From: an uncultured Clostridium sp. | Lineage (GTDB): Bacteria > Bacillota > Clostridia > Christensenellales > CAG-138 | Assembly (NCBI GenBank): GCA_900542285.1 | Contig: UQNF01000002.1 | Location: forward strand, 10,376-74,375 | DNA length: 64,000 bases | Direction: 5' to 3' | Shown: in pieces, positions 47,045 to 54,898 of the stretch | Layout: every line of letters starts with the position of its first letter | Position numbering within the stretch: the stretch's first letter is position 1 | Position numbers and translations under genes: made by a program | Notes under the pieces: model-generated | Told to the model about the DNA's origin: nothing | Databases searched by the model: none | The model's input: only the letters and a program-made list of their open reading frames with translations

Positions 47045-47797
47045 TCAGGCAGTGTCCAGATGGGCCTCGACGAATTCCTTCACGCCTATCATGGTCTGCC
47101 TGCCGCATTTGCCGTCCACTCCGCCGCAGTAGTAGCCGAGTGAGTTGAGCGCACGCTGCAGGTTCTTTATCGCATCGCCCTGTATCATGGGCTTTGTGAC
47201 GGAAAGCACCACCTGCTCGTCATAGCAGTTCTCATCGTAGATGAGCTGGCGTGTCACAAGCCCCCTGTGGGTCCAGGGTCTTTCACTGAGCTTTGTCACG
47301 ACGACGCCGAAGCGTATTCCCCTTGCTTCCACGACAAGCGGCTCGCCGTTCAGAAATCCGCAAACCCAGCCCACATGGCTCATGCGTCCGTCGGGGTTCC
47401 GGTAAAACACCGCTTCGCCGAGCTGATAGCTTCGGTCCACCTCGTTCAGTGCGCCCTTGTCGCTGCACCATGCGATATAGCAGTAGTTGGCGTTCACGTC
47501 CGTACCGATGTAAACATCGAGCAGCCCCTGGCAGTCGCAGGCTCTGACCTTGCCGAGCACCCAGCTTTCGGTCGCATTTCGGTAGCTCTCGCCCGACCAG
47601 CCCTTTTTGCTGTAATAGCACTTGAACCGCTGCTCCAAAAGCTCCCGGGTCACGATGTTGCCGGTCGTCCCGAACAGGTATTCCCAAGGCTCCGTGCCGC
47701 ATTCCTCGATATCAAGGGGCAGCTCCGCACCCTCCGGAATGCTTTCGCGCTTGCAGTGTGAAAGTGCAAAGCGTACGAAATCGATAGCGTTTTTCAT
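47045..47797 (-). CDS. NlpC/P60-type peptidoglycan hydrolase with C-terminal PG_binding_1 domain (phage lysin-like)
   Basis: Catalytic Cys in CDCQGLL and His in RMSHVGWV. C-terminal GDAIKNLQRALNSLGYYCGGVDGKCGRQT. Start ambiguous: ATG 47797, or ATG 47911, which would overlap the upstream gene by 44 nt. Confidence 0.7.
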   Translation of the reverse strand: MKNAIDFVRFALSHCKRESIPEGAELPLDIEECGTEPWEYLFGTTGNIVTRELLEQRFKCYYSKKGWSGESYRNATESWVLGKVRACDCQGLLDVYIGTDVNANYCYIAWCSDKGALNEVDRSYQLGEAVFYRNPDGRMSHVGWVCGFLNGEPLVVEARGIRFGVVVTKLSERPWTHRGLVTRQLIYDENCYDEQVVLSVTKPMIQGDAIKNLQRALNSLGYYCGGVDGKCGRQTMIGVKEFVEAHLDTA

Positions 47798-47867
47798 TTT
47801 CTTGTTCGTTCCTTTCTCATGTTTCAAAATTCGATCGAAAGTCAGGCCCTGCTTTTCCCATATGCGC

Positions 47868-48797
47868 CTAATCGAGCGTATTGGGACGGTTTGACCTGCT
47901 TCCTGCGCCACTGCGTCCGTAGCCGCTGCCGGATCCGCTTCCGTTTGCGGCTATGCCGAATATCTCATCGATAAGCCGTTCGTATTCCCCGGGCGTCAGG
48001 GCTGACTGCGCGCTCTCCCTCAGCTTTCGCCAGTAGCTCAGATTTGAGTGCAGGAAGGACTGCCTGTCGTTGGGCTTGAGCGAGGAGATATAATTAAAGT
48101 ATTCGTTGTAGTATCCGGAGCTTTCGCTTTCCTCCGGCTCGTCAGCGCCGCCTGCGAGCCGATTGCGGTAGGCTATCTCCTCCATGGCGTTCCTGTGCTG
48201 AAGCTCTGTCTCATACAGCTGCGCTCTTATCCTTGCAAACTCGACGGAGGCGTTGTAGACGTATTGGGCAAGTTCTGCGCTGTAATCGGATTCGAGCCTT
48301 GCGATATCTCGGGCTATCGAATCGTATTCACGCTTTTTCATGCTCGAAAGATAGGTTGAGCCGCCCATTCCGCGCGAATAGGCGTCGGCGTCCAGCTCCG
48401 CCATAGCCGTCATGCCATAGTTCCTCCTGTCCTCAATAGCGGCATCGACCGCCGGGCGAAGGAAGGCTTCAAGCTGTGAATAGAGGCTTTCGAGGCCGGG
48501 AAGATCGGGCGATGCTCCGTAGCTCTGCAGCGTTGAGATGATGCTGCCGTAGTAATCGTCGATGCTGCCGCTCTGCGCTCCCTGCGCCGAACCTGCGGAA
48601 TTTGGGGCGGATACGGCCGAATCGCCATTGCCGCTTTCATAGAGCGAACCGGGGCCGTATGCCCTTTGGGAGGCGTTTCCGCCGACGGGAGCGATCGTCC
48701 CGGCTGCCTTTTCGACGGAGCCGCGCTTTACGGCGGAGCTGTCCTCCGCAACGGCGTCGGCAAGCTTCTTCCTCCTTCGGTAAAGTTTATATGCCAT
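47868..48797 (-). CDS. phage-associated protein, unknown (Gly/Ser-rich termini, central helical region)
   Basis: Start at ATG 48797 (GAAAGGAAG 5 nt upstream). Lies between the capsid and lysin genes. No recognisable motif. Confidence 0.5.
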   Translation of the reverse strand: MAYKLYRRRKKLADAVAEDSSAVKRGSVEKAAGTIAPVGGNASQRAYGPGSLYESGNGDSAVSAPNSAGSAQGAQSGSIDDYYGSIISTLQSYGASPDLPGLESLYSQLEAFLRPAVDAAIEDRRNYGMTAMAELDADAYSRGMGGSTYLSSMKKREYDSIARDIARLESDYSAELAQYVYNASVEFARIRAQLYETELQHRNAMEEIAYRNRLAGGADEPEESESSGYYNEYFNYISSLKPNDRQSFLHSNLSYWRKLRESAQSALTPGEYERLIDEIFGIAANGSGSGSGYGRSGAGSRSNRPNTLD

Positions 48798-48858
48798 ATT
48801 CTTCCTTTCCGGGATCATGGGCGATTTAGGAGGCCCACGATCCCTTGCCGAGCCGGTT

Positions 48859-50067
48859 TTAGGATACGGTATGCTCGATCCTTACGAGCCAAAGGTCGTT
48901 GAGTATCGCCGCGGTGTATGCGGTGACCTTTGCTCCGATGGTCGCCCTCTGGTCGAGGGGGTCGGCGGTGCCGGAGCTGCCGTGGGGCTTGACGATGAGC
49001 TGAACTGCACCCTTGCCTTCGACGTCGATAACGCCGTAAGCGTCCTTGCCAAATACGAGCGCACAGTGAACGTCCAGCGCCTTGCCGTCGCTTCCCTTGG
49101 ATGCCGCATCGTTGCTCCAAACCTCAGCGTTGGCGGTGAGGCTTGCGGCTGCGGAAAGGGTGACGGTATTGGTGTCCTCATCAAAGGGGGCTACGGCTGC
49201 AAGCGTGTATTCGTTGGAGCCTATCATGATTTTGTTGCCGGGGACGGAGAGGTACTCGATCTCGGCCTTTGTGGGGGTGTTCGCAAGCACGAAGGAGGTG
49301 CTTGAGTTCGTGGAGCTCTTAACGAAATTGCGTACTGCCTGCGTATATACCTTAGCCTCGGTGCTTTCGACGAATACCACGCCGTAAAGCATTCCGATCT
49401 CGCCGCTGTAAACGGCCTCTGCGTTGCTGTAAGCGGAAACGTTCTTCCACATCTCATCGCTCTGAAGGTCGTAGGTGGCCTCGGGTGAGCAGATGCAGAT
49501 ATAGTGGGGCTTTCTGCCGTCCTCAGAGAACTGGCGCGCCTTGTTCTTCTTGAGCGTGCGCACCGCCTTCCTGACCTCATCGGTGGTGAGCCTGTCGCTC
49601 GAGGTCAGCGCGGAACGGGATGTCTTGCCGCCTGCATACTGGACGTTGGTTCCGGCGCACATTGCGTCTCGGGTTACCCACTCGACGACGGTGCCGAGCT
49701 GTTCGCCCAAAAGCTCTGCGGAATCGTTGATGACGGCATCGTATGCGGTGAGGTCGAGGAGATCGCTGACCTCGACATATGCGCCGTACTGCTTGACCTC
49801 CGCTTCAACGTCGCTCTGCGAGAGGGTCTGTCCGCTCGGGGTCACGCCCTCAACGAGGCCGCGCATTGCGCTCTGGGGGTCGAAAAGGTTCCAGCGGCGG
49901 AAGTTTACATACTTGCCGTTTCCGCGCGGGATGGGTCGCTTCTGGCCGAATTCGGCGTGAACGAACCTGGTCTTTGCGCTCTCCAAAAGCTGCCTGTCAT
50001 AAAACTTCACAGGGAATTTCGCGCTCTGTGCTGCGCTGACAGTGGTGTTAATATTGATATTTGCCAT
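48859..50067 (-). CDS. phage major capsid protein (HK97-fold; N-terminus resembles N4-gp56-family MCPs)
   Basis: 402 aa. The N-terminal block ..KFYDRQLLESAKTRFVHAEFGQKRPIPRGNGKYVNFRRW.. matches my recollection of this capsid family. Preceded by a scaffold-like gene. Confidence 0.7.
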   Translation of the reverse strand: MANININTTVSAAQSAKFPVKFYDRQLLESAKTRFVHAEFGQKRPIPRGNGKYVNFRRWNLFDPQSAMRGLVEGVTPSGQTLSQSDVEAEVKQYGAYVEVSDLLDLTAYDAVINDSAELLGEQLGTVVEWVTRDAMCAGTNVQYAGGKTSRSALTSSDRLTTDEVRKAVRTLKKNKARQFSEDGRKPHYICICSPEATYDLQSDEMWKNVSAYSNAEAVYSGEIGMLYGVVFVESTEAKVYTQAVRNFVKSSTNSSTSFVLANTPTKAEIEYLSVPGNKIMIGSNEYTLAAVAPFDEDTNTVTLSAAASLTANAEVWSNDAASKGSDGKALDVHCALVFGKDAYGVIDVEGKGAVQLIVKPHGSSGTADPLDQRATIGAKVTAYTAAILNDLWLVRIEHTVS

Positions 50068-50142
50068 AGTTGTTCCTTTCTTTTCTTCTTTTTTGTGTGT
50101 TTATCGTGCGTTTACGGTCTTGGGCTGAGCCGCCGCAGCCGT

Positions 50143-50721
50143 TCAGATCCTGACCCTGCGGCCGTCCATGCTCGCCTTCTTTAGCTGTCTGCGGAGCTTG
50201 CGGAAGTCCTCACTGCTCATGTTCTCATAGTCGGTTTCCGGAGCCTGTCCCATGCTGCCGCGTATCGGCCTTGGGAGCATTGCGTTCCTTTTGGCGTTCA
50301 TGCTGTCCTGACCGTCCTCCGGACCGTCCGGACTGTCCTTTGGACCGTCCGTGTTGTCATTTTCATTGTCCATGCGTCGCAGAAGCGTTACCACAACGGC
50401 AATGGGGTTGATGCCCTCCGGGATGCCGACACGCTCCAGCATCGCTTCGCCGAGCATCATTGCGGCACGCTCATAGCTGTCATGGCTGCCATTGCTGTCG
50501 CCGCTGTCCGAACCGTCCGCATTGTCAGCATTGTCCGAATTGTCCGTATTGTTTTCGCCGCCTGCATCCGCAGGGGCGGTGCATATCTGTTCACCTTCGC
50601 ACCCTTCCGCGGCCTTCCTGCCGCTCTTGGCGGTTCCATTCGCCTCTTCTTTGGGGTTCGGCTTGCCCCTTGTACCTGCGAGCCTGTCGAGAAGCTCCTG
50701 CAGTTTCTTATTCCTGCTCAT
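50143..50721 (-). CDS. possible capsid scaffolding protein (acidic, low complexity)
   Basis: 192 aa with D/N/S/G-rich linkers (DNSDNADNADGSDSGDSNGS and DGPKDSPDGPEDGQDS) and a basic C-terminal helix. The position just upstream of the capsid gene suggests a scaffold. Confidence 0.4.
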   Translation of the reverse strand: MSRNKKLQELLDRLAGTRGKPNPKEEANGTAKSGRKAAEGCEGEQICTAPADAGGENNTDNSDNADNADGSDSGDSNGSHDSYERAAMMLGEAMLERVGIPEGINPIAVVVTLLRRMDNENDNTDGPKDSPDGPEDGQDSMNAKRNAMLPRPIRGSMGQAPETDYENMSSEDFRKLRRQLKKASMDGRRVRI

Positions 50722-51044
50722 TTTTCTTTCGGGCTGCGTGTTTCAGCAGCCCATCCTTTCTCCCCGGGACTGATGCGCCGCCCGGGGACGGCTTTTCCGA
50801 TACGGCCGAAGCTCCCCAAGATAAAATAAAGCCCTCCGCAGATGAGTTGGATTTCTGCGGAAAGCTCTTTTCATCAGCCCGGCTGTAAAGGTGTATGACG
50901 GAAAGAGCGATGCCAATTCTGCCAACGCAATTCCCATCGACAACTATTATACCACATTTGGAGAATTAAATCAACTGTTTAGAGAATTATTTTTGAAAAA
51001 ATCTCTACTTACGAGATTGAAATGACAAATCCTTCCTCCGGATT

Positions 51045-51365
51045 GTCCCAACCAGTGCGGCGAGTTAACCCCCGACCGCCAAGCAGGGAGCGAGTTCCCC
51101 GGTTTTCCAGAACAAAGCGGCGAGTTTCCCGAACTGTCCATACCAGTTCGGCGAGTCGTACTCCGACCGCCACGCAGGGAGCGAGCTTCTCCGGCTTTCC
51201 CGAACTGTCCAAACCAATGCGGCGAGTCGTCCCCCGACCGCCAAGCAATGCGGCGAGCTTCTCCGGCTTTCCCGAACTGTCCAAACCAATGCGGCGAGTC
51301 CCCTCATGCACCCCCGAACAGTGGGCGAGTATCTTTTGCTTCCCCGAATTTTGCGGCGAACTGTG
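51045..51365. repeat. array A: ten phased copies of a GCGGCGAG-type 8-mer inside higher-order 61-72-bp repeats
   Basis: 8-mers start at 51057, 51087, 51117, 51148, 51178, 51219, 51250, 51291, 51322 and 51353, with spacings of 30, 30, 31, 30, 41, 31, 41, 31 and 31 nt. A 41-nt block is exactly repeated at 51186 and 51258. Confidence 0.9.
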
Positions 51366-51447
51366 CTCAGAACAAAAACAGCACAGCACTCACCATCGGT
51401 AATGAGGGTATCCAAATACAATGGCCTTCGCGCGCACACACACGCAA

Positions 51448-51486
51448 GCACGAGGCGGCTTTGCCGCCCGTGCTTATGTTTTTTTA
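51448..51486 (+). terminator. GC-rich hairpin plus T-run between the two arrays (terminator-like)
   Basis: GCACGAGGCGGC-ttt-GCCGCCCGTGC (11 bp, one bulged A), followed by TTATGTTTTTTTA. Confidence 0.4.
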
Positions 51487-51521
51487 TAATTTTTTTATTA
51501 ATATTATTTTATTTTATTATT

Positions 51522-51770
51522 GGGTGACAAATCGTGACTTTATTGACCTATTTTGTCACCCCCCCTTAAGACCTGATTTGTCGCACCCTAAGTCCTATTT
51601 TGTCACCCCCCCTCAGACCTGATTTGTCGCACCCTCAGACCTGATTTGTCGCACCCTAAGTTCTATTTTGCCACCCCCTCCTCAGACCTGTTTTGTCCCC
51701 CCCTCAGACCTGTTTTGTCACACCCTCCGATCGGCTTCTTTGTTCGCATTATGACCACTTTTGTCACCCC
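51522..51770. repeat. array B: about 11 direct copies (21-25-bp period) of a TTTGTC(A/G)C-containing iteron plus one inverted copy, adjacent to an AT-rich tract
   Basis: TTTGTC (or 1-nt variant) starts at 51552, 51577, 51599, 51623, 51645, 51667, 51692, 51714, 51739 and 51760. The exact 22-mer cctcagacctgatttgtcgcac occurs at 51611 and 51633. The inverted copy GGGTGACAAA (51522-51531) pairs with TTTGTCACCC (51552-51561). The tract 51474-51521 is almost pure A/T. Confidence 0.9.
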
Positions 51771-51807
51771 CTCCGATCGGCTTTGCAGTTCGCATATTGG
51801 CCTGCCA

Positions 51808-51891
51808 ATCACAGCTGAGAAGGACTTTAGCAACGGCATTATCAATACTGCCGACGCCCTCCTTGCGATAAGGGTAGGCATGGGGCTGTAA
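51808..51891 (+). pseudogene. possible 3' remnant of a dockerin-containing gene
   Basis: The frame ends in AEKDFSNGIINTADALLAIRVGMGL*, which resembles the second Ca-binding segment and helix of type I dockerins (D.N.DG.IN..DAL..LR...GL). No upstream coding part remains. Confidence 0.3.
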
Positions 51892-52021
51892 GCCGATCGC
51901 CGTCTGCGACTTAATACGAGTTGAATAGTTAACGAATGTTTTTTCGTTCTCCATGCGCCGGACATCTGCCCGGTGCATTTTCCATCATCGGAGTATCTGC
52001 TCTCATTCATGGCACGGATTA

Positions 52022-52058
52022 AATAAAAAACACCGCCCCGAAAGCCGGAGCGGCGGTG
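52022..52058 (-). terminator. rho-independent terminator of the DHHW operon
   Basis: Minus strand: CACCGCC...GGCGGTG hairpin followed by TTTTTTATT, 10 nt after the stop at 52069. Confidence 0.6.
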
Positions 52059-52068
52059 AAAAAACGAA

Positions 52069-53232
52069 TCATCTCAGCCAGACGAGATCGCCGGTGGTCT
52101 GTGCGGTGTCCACGCCGTAGATAACGAGAAGCTCCTCTATACCGTATTCGGAACAAAGCTCCGAGGGGAGCGGCATTGCGGAGTTAAAGTACCTGACATC
52201 CAGCATGACTATCCTGCTGTAATGGTTTGCAAGGAACGGCACTATCGCATTGCCGTAGCTGTCCTTCAGCACCAGCAGCGTTCCGCCCTCGGCGTTTGGA
52301 TTCTCGATAACGGTGATGCCGTGGTTGCTGTACAGATATGCCGCATAGCGGTCAACGACGCCTTCCTCAAGGCAGCTTTCGTCTATCATGCCGCTGTGGG
52401 CGGTCTCCTTGCCGCCGTCAATGGTGGTAACGGCGATGTCGGAGTCGCTGTCCGCAGTCCAAACCTCCAGACTGTCGGGCTTGGTCAGCATAAGACCGCT
52501 GCTGCCGTAGCTTGTGCCGTAAAATTCAAATGAACGCTTGGAAAACTCCGACTCAGGCAGCGGAGTGAAGCCAAGGCTTTCCCCAATGCTTTGGTACAGC
52601 AGATAGCTGCCCTGCATCGTCAGATGGTGGTCGGTGCGGTAGTAGAGGGAGGATACATCCGCTGCGGATGAAAAAAGCTCCCCGACAGGAATGCTACTGC
52701 CGCCGGCCGCCTCCGAAAAGCCGCTGACAATGCTGCCGTCATCGTATTCAAGGTGAAGCTTCGGGAGCTCATCTTCGAGCATATAGCCGGAGCTCGGAAT
52801 GATAACGAGCGTTGTGTTAAGGGAATTTTCCTCGGCAAATCTCTTTACAAGGCCGCCGTTCGTCAGGAGCTTGGCTTCATCGTATACCGTTGGGGTGTTG
52901 AAAAGCCTGTCGCCCTTGCCCATGATGATGCTCTCGGTCGCGTTGCGGCCGGTATAGCGGTTGAGATAGGAATAGAGCGATACGAAGAAATTCCTTGCCG
53001 GGAAATGGTCCTGCAGCCAGGTGTCCACCTCTGCGGCAAAGTTTCCGCTGATAAAGCTGCTCAGGCTGGCGTCCGGAGCCTTGGCAAGCATACGCCGTTC
53101 GTTCGGGCTAAGCTCGCCCTCATGCTTGGGCAGAAAGCATATGAGCAGAAAGAATACGACGATAACCGCCAAAAAAGCGGCTATCATCGCGATCTGTGAT
53201 GTTCTGACCTTGTTGTTACTTGATGAGCTCAT
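52069..53232 (-). CDS. DHHW-family protein (AlgX/AlgJ-like, putative polysaccharide O-acyl transfer accessory)
   Basis: N-terminal TM anchor. LSPNERRMLAKAP....FP.R and the YYRTDHHLT motif (a DHHW variant). Confidence 0.7.
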   Translation of the reverse strand: MSSSSNNKVRTSQIAMIAAFLAVIVVFFLLICFLPKHEGELSPNERRMLAKAPDASLSSFISGNFAAEVDTWLQDHFPARNFFVSLYSYLNRYTGRNATESIIMGKGDRLFNTPTVYDEAKLLTNGGLVKRFAEENSLNTTLVIIPSSGYMLEDELPKLHLEYDDGSIVSGFSEAAGGSSIPVGELFSSAADVSSLYYRTDHHLTMQGSYLLYQSIGESLGFTPLPESEFSKRSFEFYGTSYGSSGLMLTKPDSLEVWTADSDSDIAVTTIDGGKETAHSGMIDESCLEEGVVDRYAAYLYSNHGITVIENPNAEGGTLLVLKDSYGNAIVPFLANHYSRIVMLDVRYFNSAMPLPSELCSEYGIEELLVIYGVDTAQTTGDLVWLR

Positions 53233-53716
53233 CCAACAGCTTCTCCGCAGCGGGGTTGTCGTTAGTGATTATGAGAAATGCGTACTGACCGACGACCTTG
53301 TTGATGCAGGTGTTGAGCTTGTCGAGCTGGTCGGGGCCGTAGTTGCTGTAATCGTGGATATAGGCGTCTACACGGCTTGCAAGGTATTCTTCGCTTATTT
53401 TCTTTGCGGAAGCCTCATCAACGGCCTTGATAACGAGCACGGTCTCGGGGGTAGAGGAGCATACGGCAATGCAGCCGACATAGCTGTCTCCGTCCTTGGC
53501 GACGAGTGCAAGGTCGATGCCGAACAGCTTGCCGATAGCGAACTCGCTGTCAGCGATGATTGCGGGCTTCTCCTCAAAGGAGCAGCCGTCGATAAGCCTT
53601 TGCGCCGTATCCTTTGGGTCGATGCTGATATTTGCAGGGGTCTTGCTGCAGGCTGCGGCGCTTAACAGCATAATGCAGGCAAGCAGGATAACGATGAGCT
53701 TGTTAGTGGTTTTCAT
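53216..53716 (-). CDS. DUF4358-like lipoprotein
   Basis: Lipobox LLSAAACS, size 166 aa, and the usual pairing with DHHW genes. Family assignment from memory. Confidence 0.5.
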   Translation of the reverse strand: MKTTNKLIVILLACIMLLSAAACSKTPANISIDPKDTAQRLIDGCSFEEKPAIIADSEFAIGKLFGIDLALVAKDGDSYVGCIAVCSSTPETVLVIKAVDEASAKKISEEYLASRVDAYIHDYSNYGPDQLDKLNTCINKVVGQYAFLIITNDNPAAEKLLDELIK

Positions 53717-53756
53717 ATGTGTTCCTCCAAAGTTTTATTAGTTCTGTTCAGTGGTC

Positions 53757-54656
53757 TCAGTTTCCTCTCAACGCAGCCATGACGGTCAGGCAGATGTGGT
53801 CGGCCCAAACCGAGGAATACTGCATATTGAGGTGCATTCCGTCGCTCGATGCGTCGTCGGGCAGGTCTCCGTCGGCGGTTATCATGACGTCCGGAACGGT
53901 GATATAGTAGCAGCCCCTGGTCCTTGCAAGCTGCTCTATCTGCTCATTGTACATGCGAACGCGCTCATTGTTCGCTCCGGTCTCGCCGCCCTGTGCGCTC
54001 TTCGCCTTGGAGAACGGGGGGAGTCCGGTCAGGAATATCTTGGCGTTCGGATGCATTTCCCATACATCGGTTATGAAGTCGGAATAGTGATCGATGAACG
54101 AGGTCAGGCTCGGCCAGCCAAGCTCATTCTGCCCGAACATCAGTATTACCGCCTCATATTCGCCGTCCTCCAGCTCCTGTATGATGGGGATGGTACCGTC
54201 GGTCTTGGGATCGGTATAGACGGACAGGATGTTCAGTCCGACCTTGGTCATAAACTTGCCGTGAGTGATGACGCCGTAGCGGTAAAGCCCTTCAAACACG
54301 GAATTGCCGACGAACACGCTGTTGTCGAATACCGAATAATCGGGCTCGGGCGCAGCTGTATAGCCGGGGACGGGCGTTGCCGTGGGCTCAGGGGTGGGCG
54401 TGGGCGCTTCCGTATTGAGCGGAGGCTCGGTCACGTCCGTCACTTCCGTAGGGACGGGTACAGAGGTAGGGGAGTTCGTGCCGTAGATGTCAATAGGGGT
54501 TTTGGGATCGTCGGGCTGCCTTGAGGCTCTGATAAGCAGCACTGCAAGCACTACCGCCGTAATGCCGACTATTGCCCATGCGATCTTGGCAACGACGGAC
54601 AAGCCGTCATGCTTTCTGCCGTTAAAATTGTGCATCTGTCTGTCCTTGCTGAGCAA
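53757..54656 (-). CDS. membrane-anchored SGNH/GDSL-type hydrolase
   Basis: TM anchor, a Pro/Thr-rich linker, then SGNH blocks FVGNSVFEG (block I), GQNELG (block III) and SDGMHLN (block V, DxxH). Confidence 0.7.
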   Translation of the reverse strand: MLSKDRQMHNFNGRKHDGLSVVAKIAWAIVGITAVVLAVLLIRASRQPDDPKTPIDIYGTNSPTSVPVPTEVTDVTEPPLNTEAPTPTPEPTATPVPGYTAAPEPDYSVFDNSVFVGNSVFEGLYRYGVITHGKFMTKVGLNILSVYTDPKTDGTIPIIQELEDGEYEAVILMFGQNELGWPSLTSFIDHYSDFITDVWEMHPNAKIFLTGLPPFSKAKSAQGGETGANNERVRMYNEQIEQLARTRGCYYITVPDVMITADGDLPDDASSDGMHLNMQYSSVWADHICLTVMAALRGN

Positions 54657-54818
54657 GGTCTCCTTTCATAAAGCAAATGAACGAATCCTTTCGTTCGGAG
54701 CAGAAATAGTATTCCATGCGATCCGGACTAATTATAGCAGATATTTTTACGGATATCAACCTTTTGCGTTCGGCAGCGGTTATGCTGCTTAAAGCAGTTT
54801 TTTTACGGATATTTACTG

Positions 54819-54856
54819 CAAAAACCGATGCGGACACATCGCTTTGGCCGCATCGG
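54819..54856 (-). terminator. rho-independent terminator after the DUF4430 gene
   Basis: Perfect 9-bp stem CCGATGCGG (54825-54833) / CCGCATCGG (54848-54856), with TTTTT following on the minus strand. Confidence 0.6.
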
Positions 54857-54898
54857 AGATTATGGCATTTCTGTTAATCCTTAAAAACGGAAGCCGGC

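Larger units (their letters stand above)
43575..51800 (-). mobile_element. cryptic podovirus-like prophage remnant (head/neck module only) plus terminal repeat-rich non-coding region
   Basis: Co-oriented scaffold-like, major capsid, unknown, NlpC/P60 lysin, small, adaptor-like and beta-propeller hub-like ORFs. No terminase, portal, tail fibre, integrase or repressor was recognised. Confidence 0.5.

Noticed and set aside
50280-50560. Short 9-nt periodic repeats (attgtccga-type and ggaccgtcc-type) inside the scaffold-like gene.
   Set aside because: They are in-frame codon repeats encoding D/N/S/G/P-rich linkers (DNSDNADNADGSDSGDS and DGPKDSPDGPEDGQDS). This is low-complexity coding sequence, not an independent DNA element.
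51009-51451. Three overlapping ORFs of more than 120 codons in different frames across array A, considered as a repeat-protein gene.
   Set aside because: Openness in several frames at once is explained by the GC-rich stop-free repeats. None has a plausible RBS or start context. A coding origin cannot be fully excluded without homologues.
51045-51770. CRISPR array hypothesis for the two repeat blocks.
   Set aside because: The conserved units are 8-22 nt, and the inter-repeat sequences are themselves repeated rather than unique spacers. The period (21-41 nt) is too short, and no cas genes or leader are present.
43264-52068. Looked for attachment-site hallmarks of the phage remnant (tRNA/tmRNA gene, integrase, flanking direct repeats).
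   Set aside because: No tRNA-like T-arm/acceptor sequence, integrase motif or matching terminal direct repeat was recognised by eye. The element boundaries therefore remain approximate.
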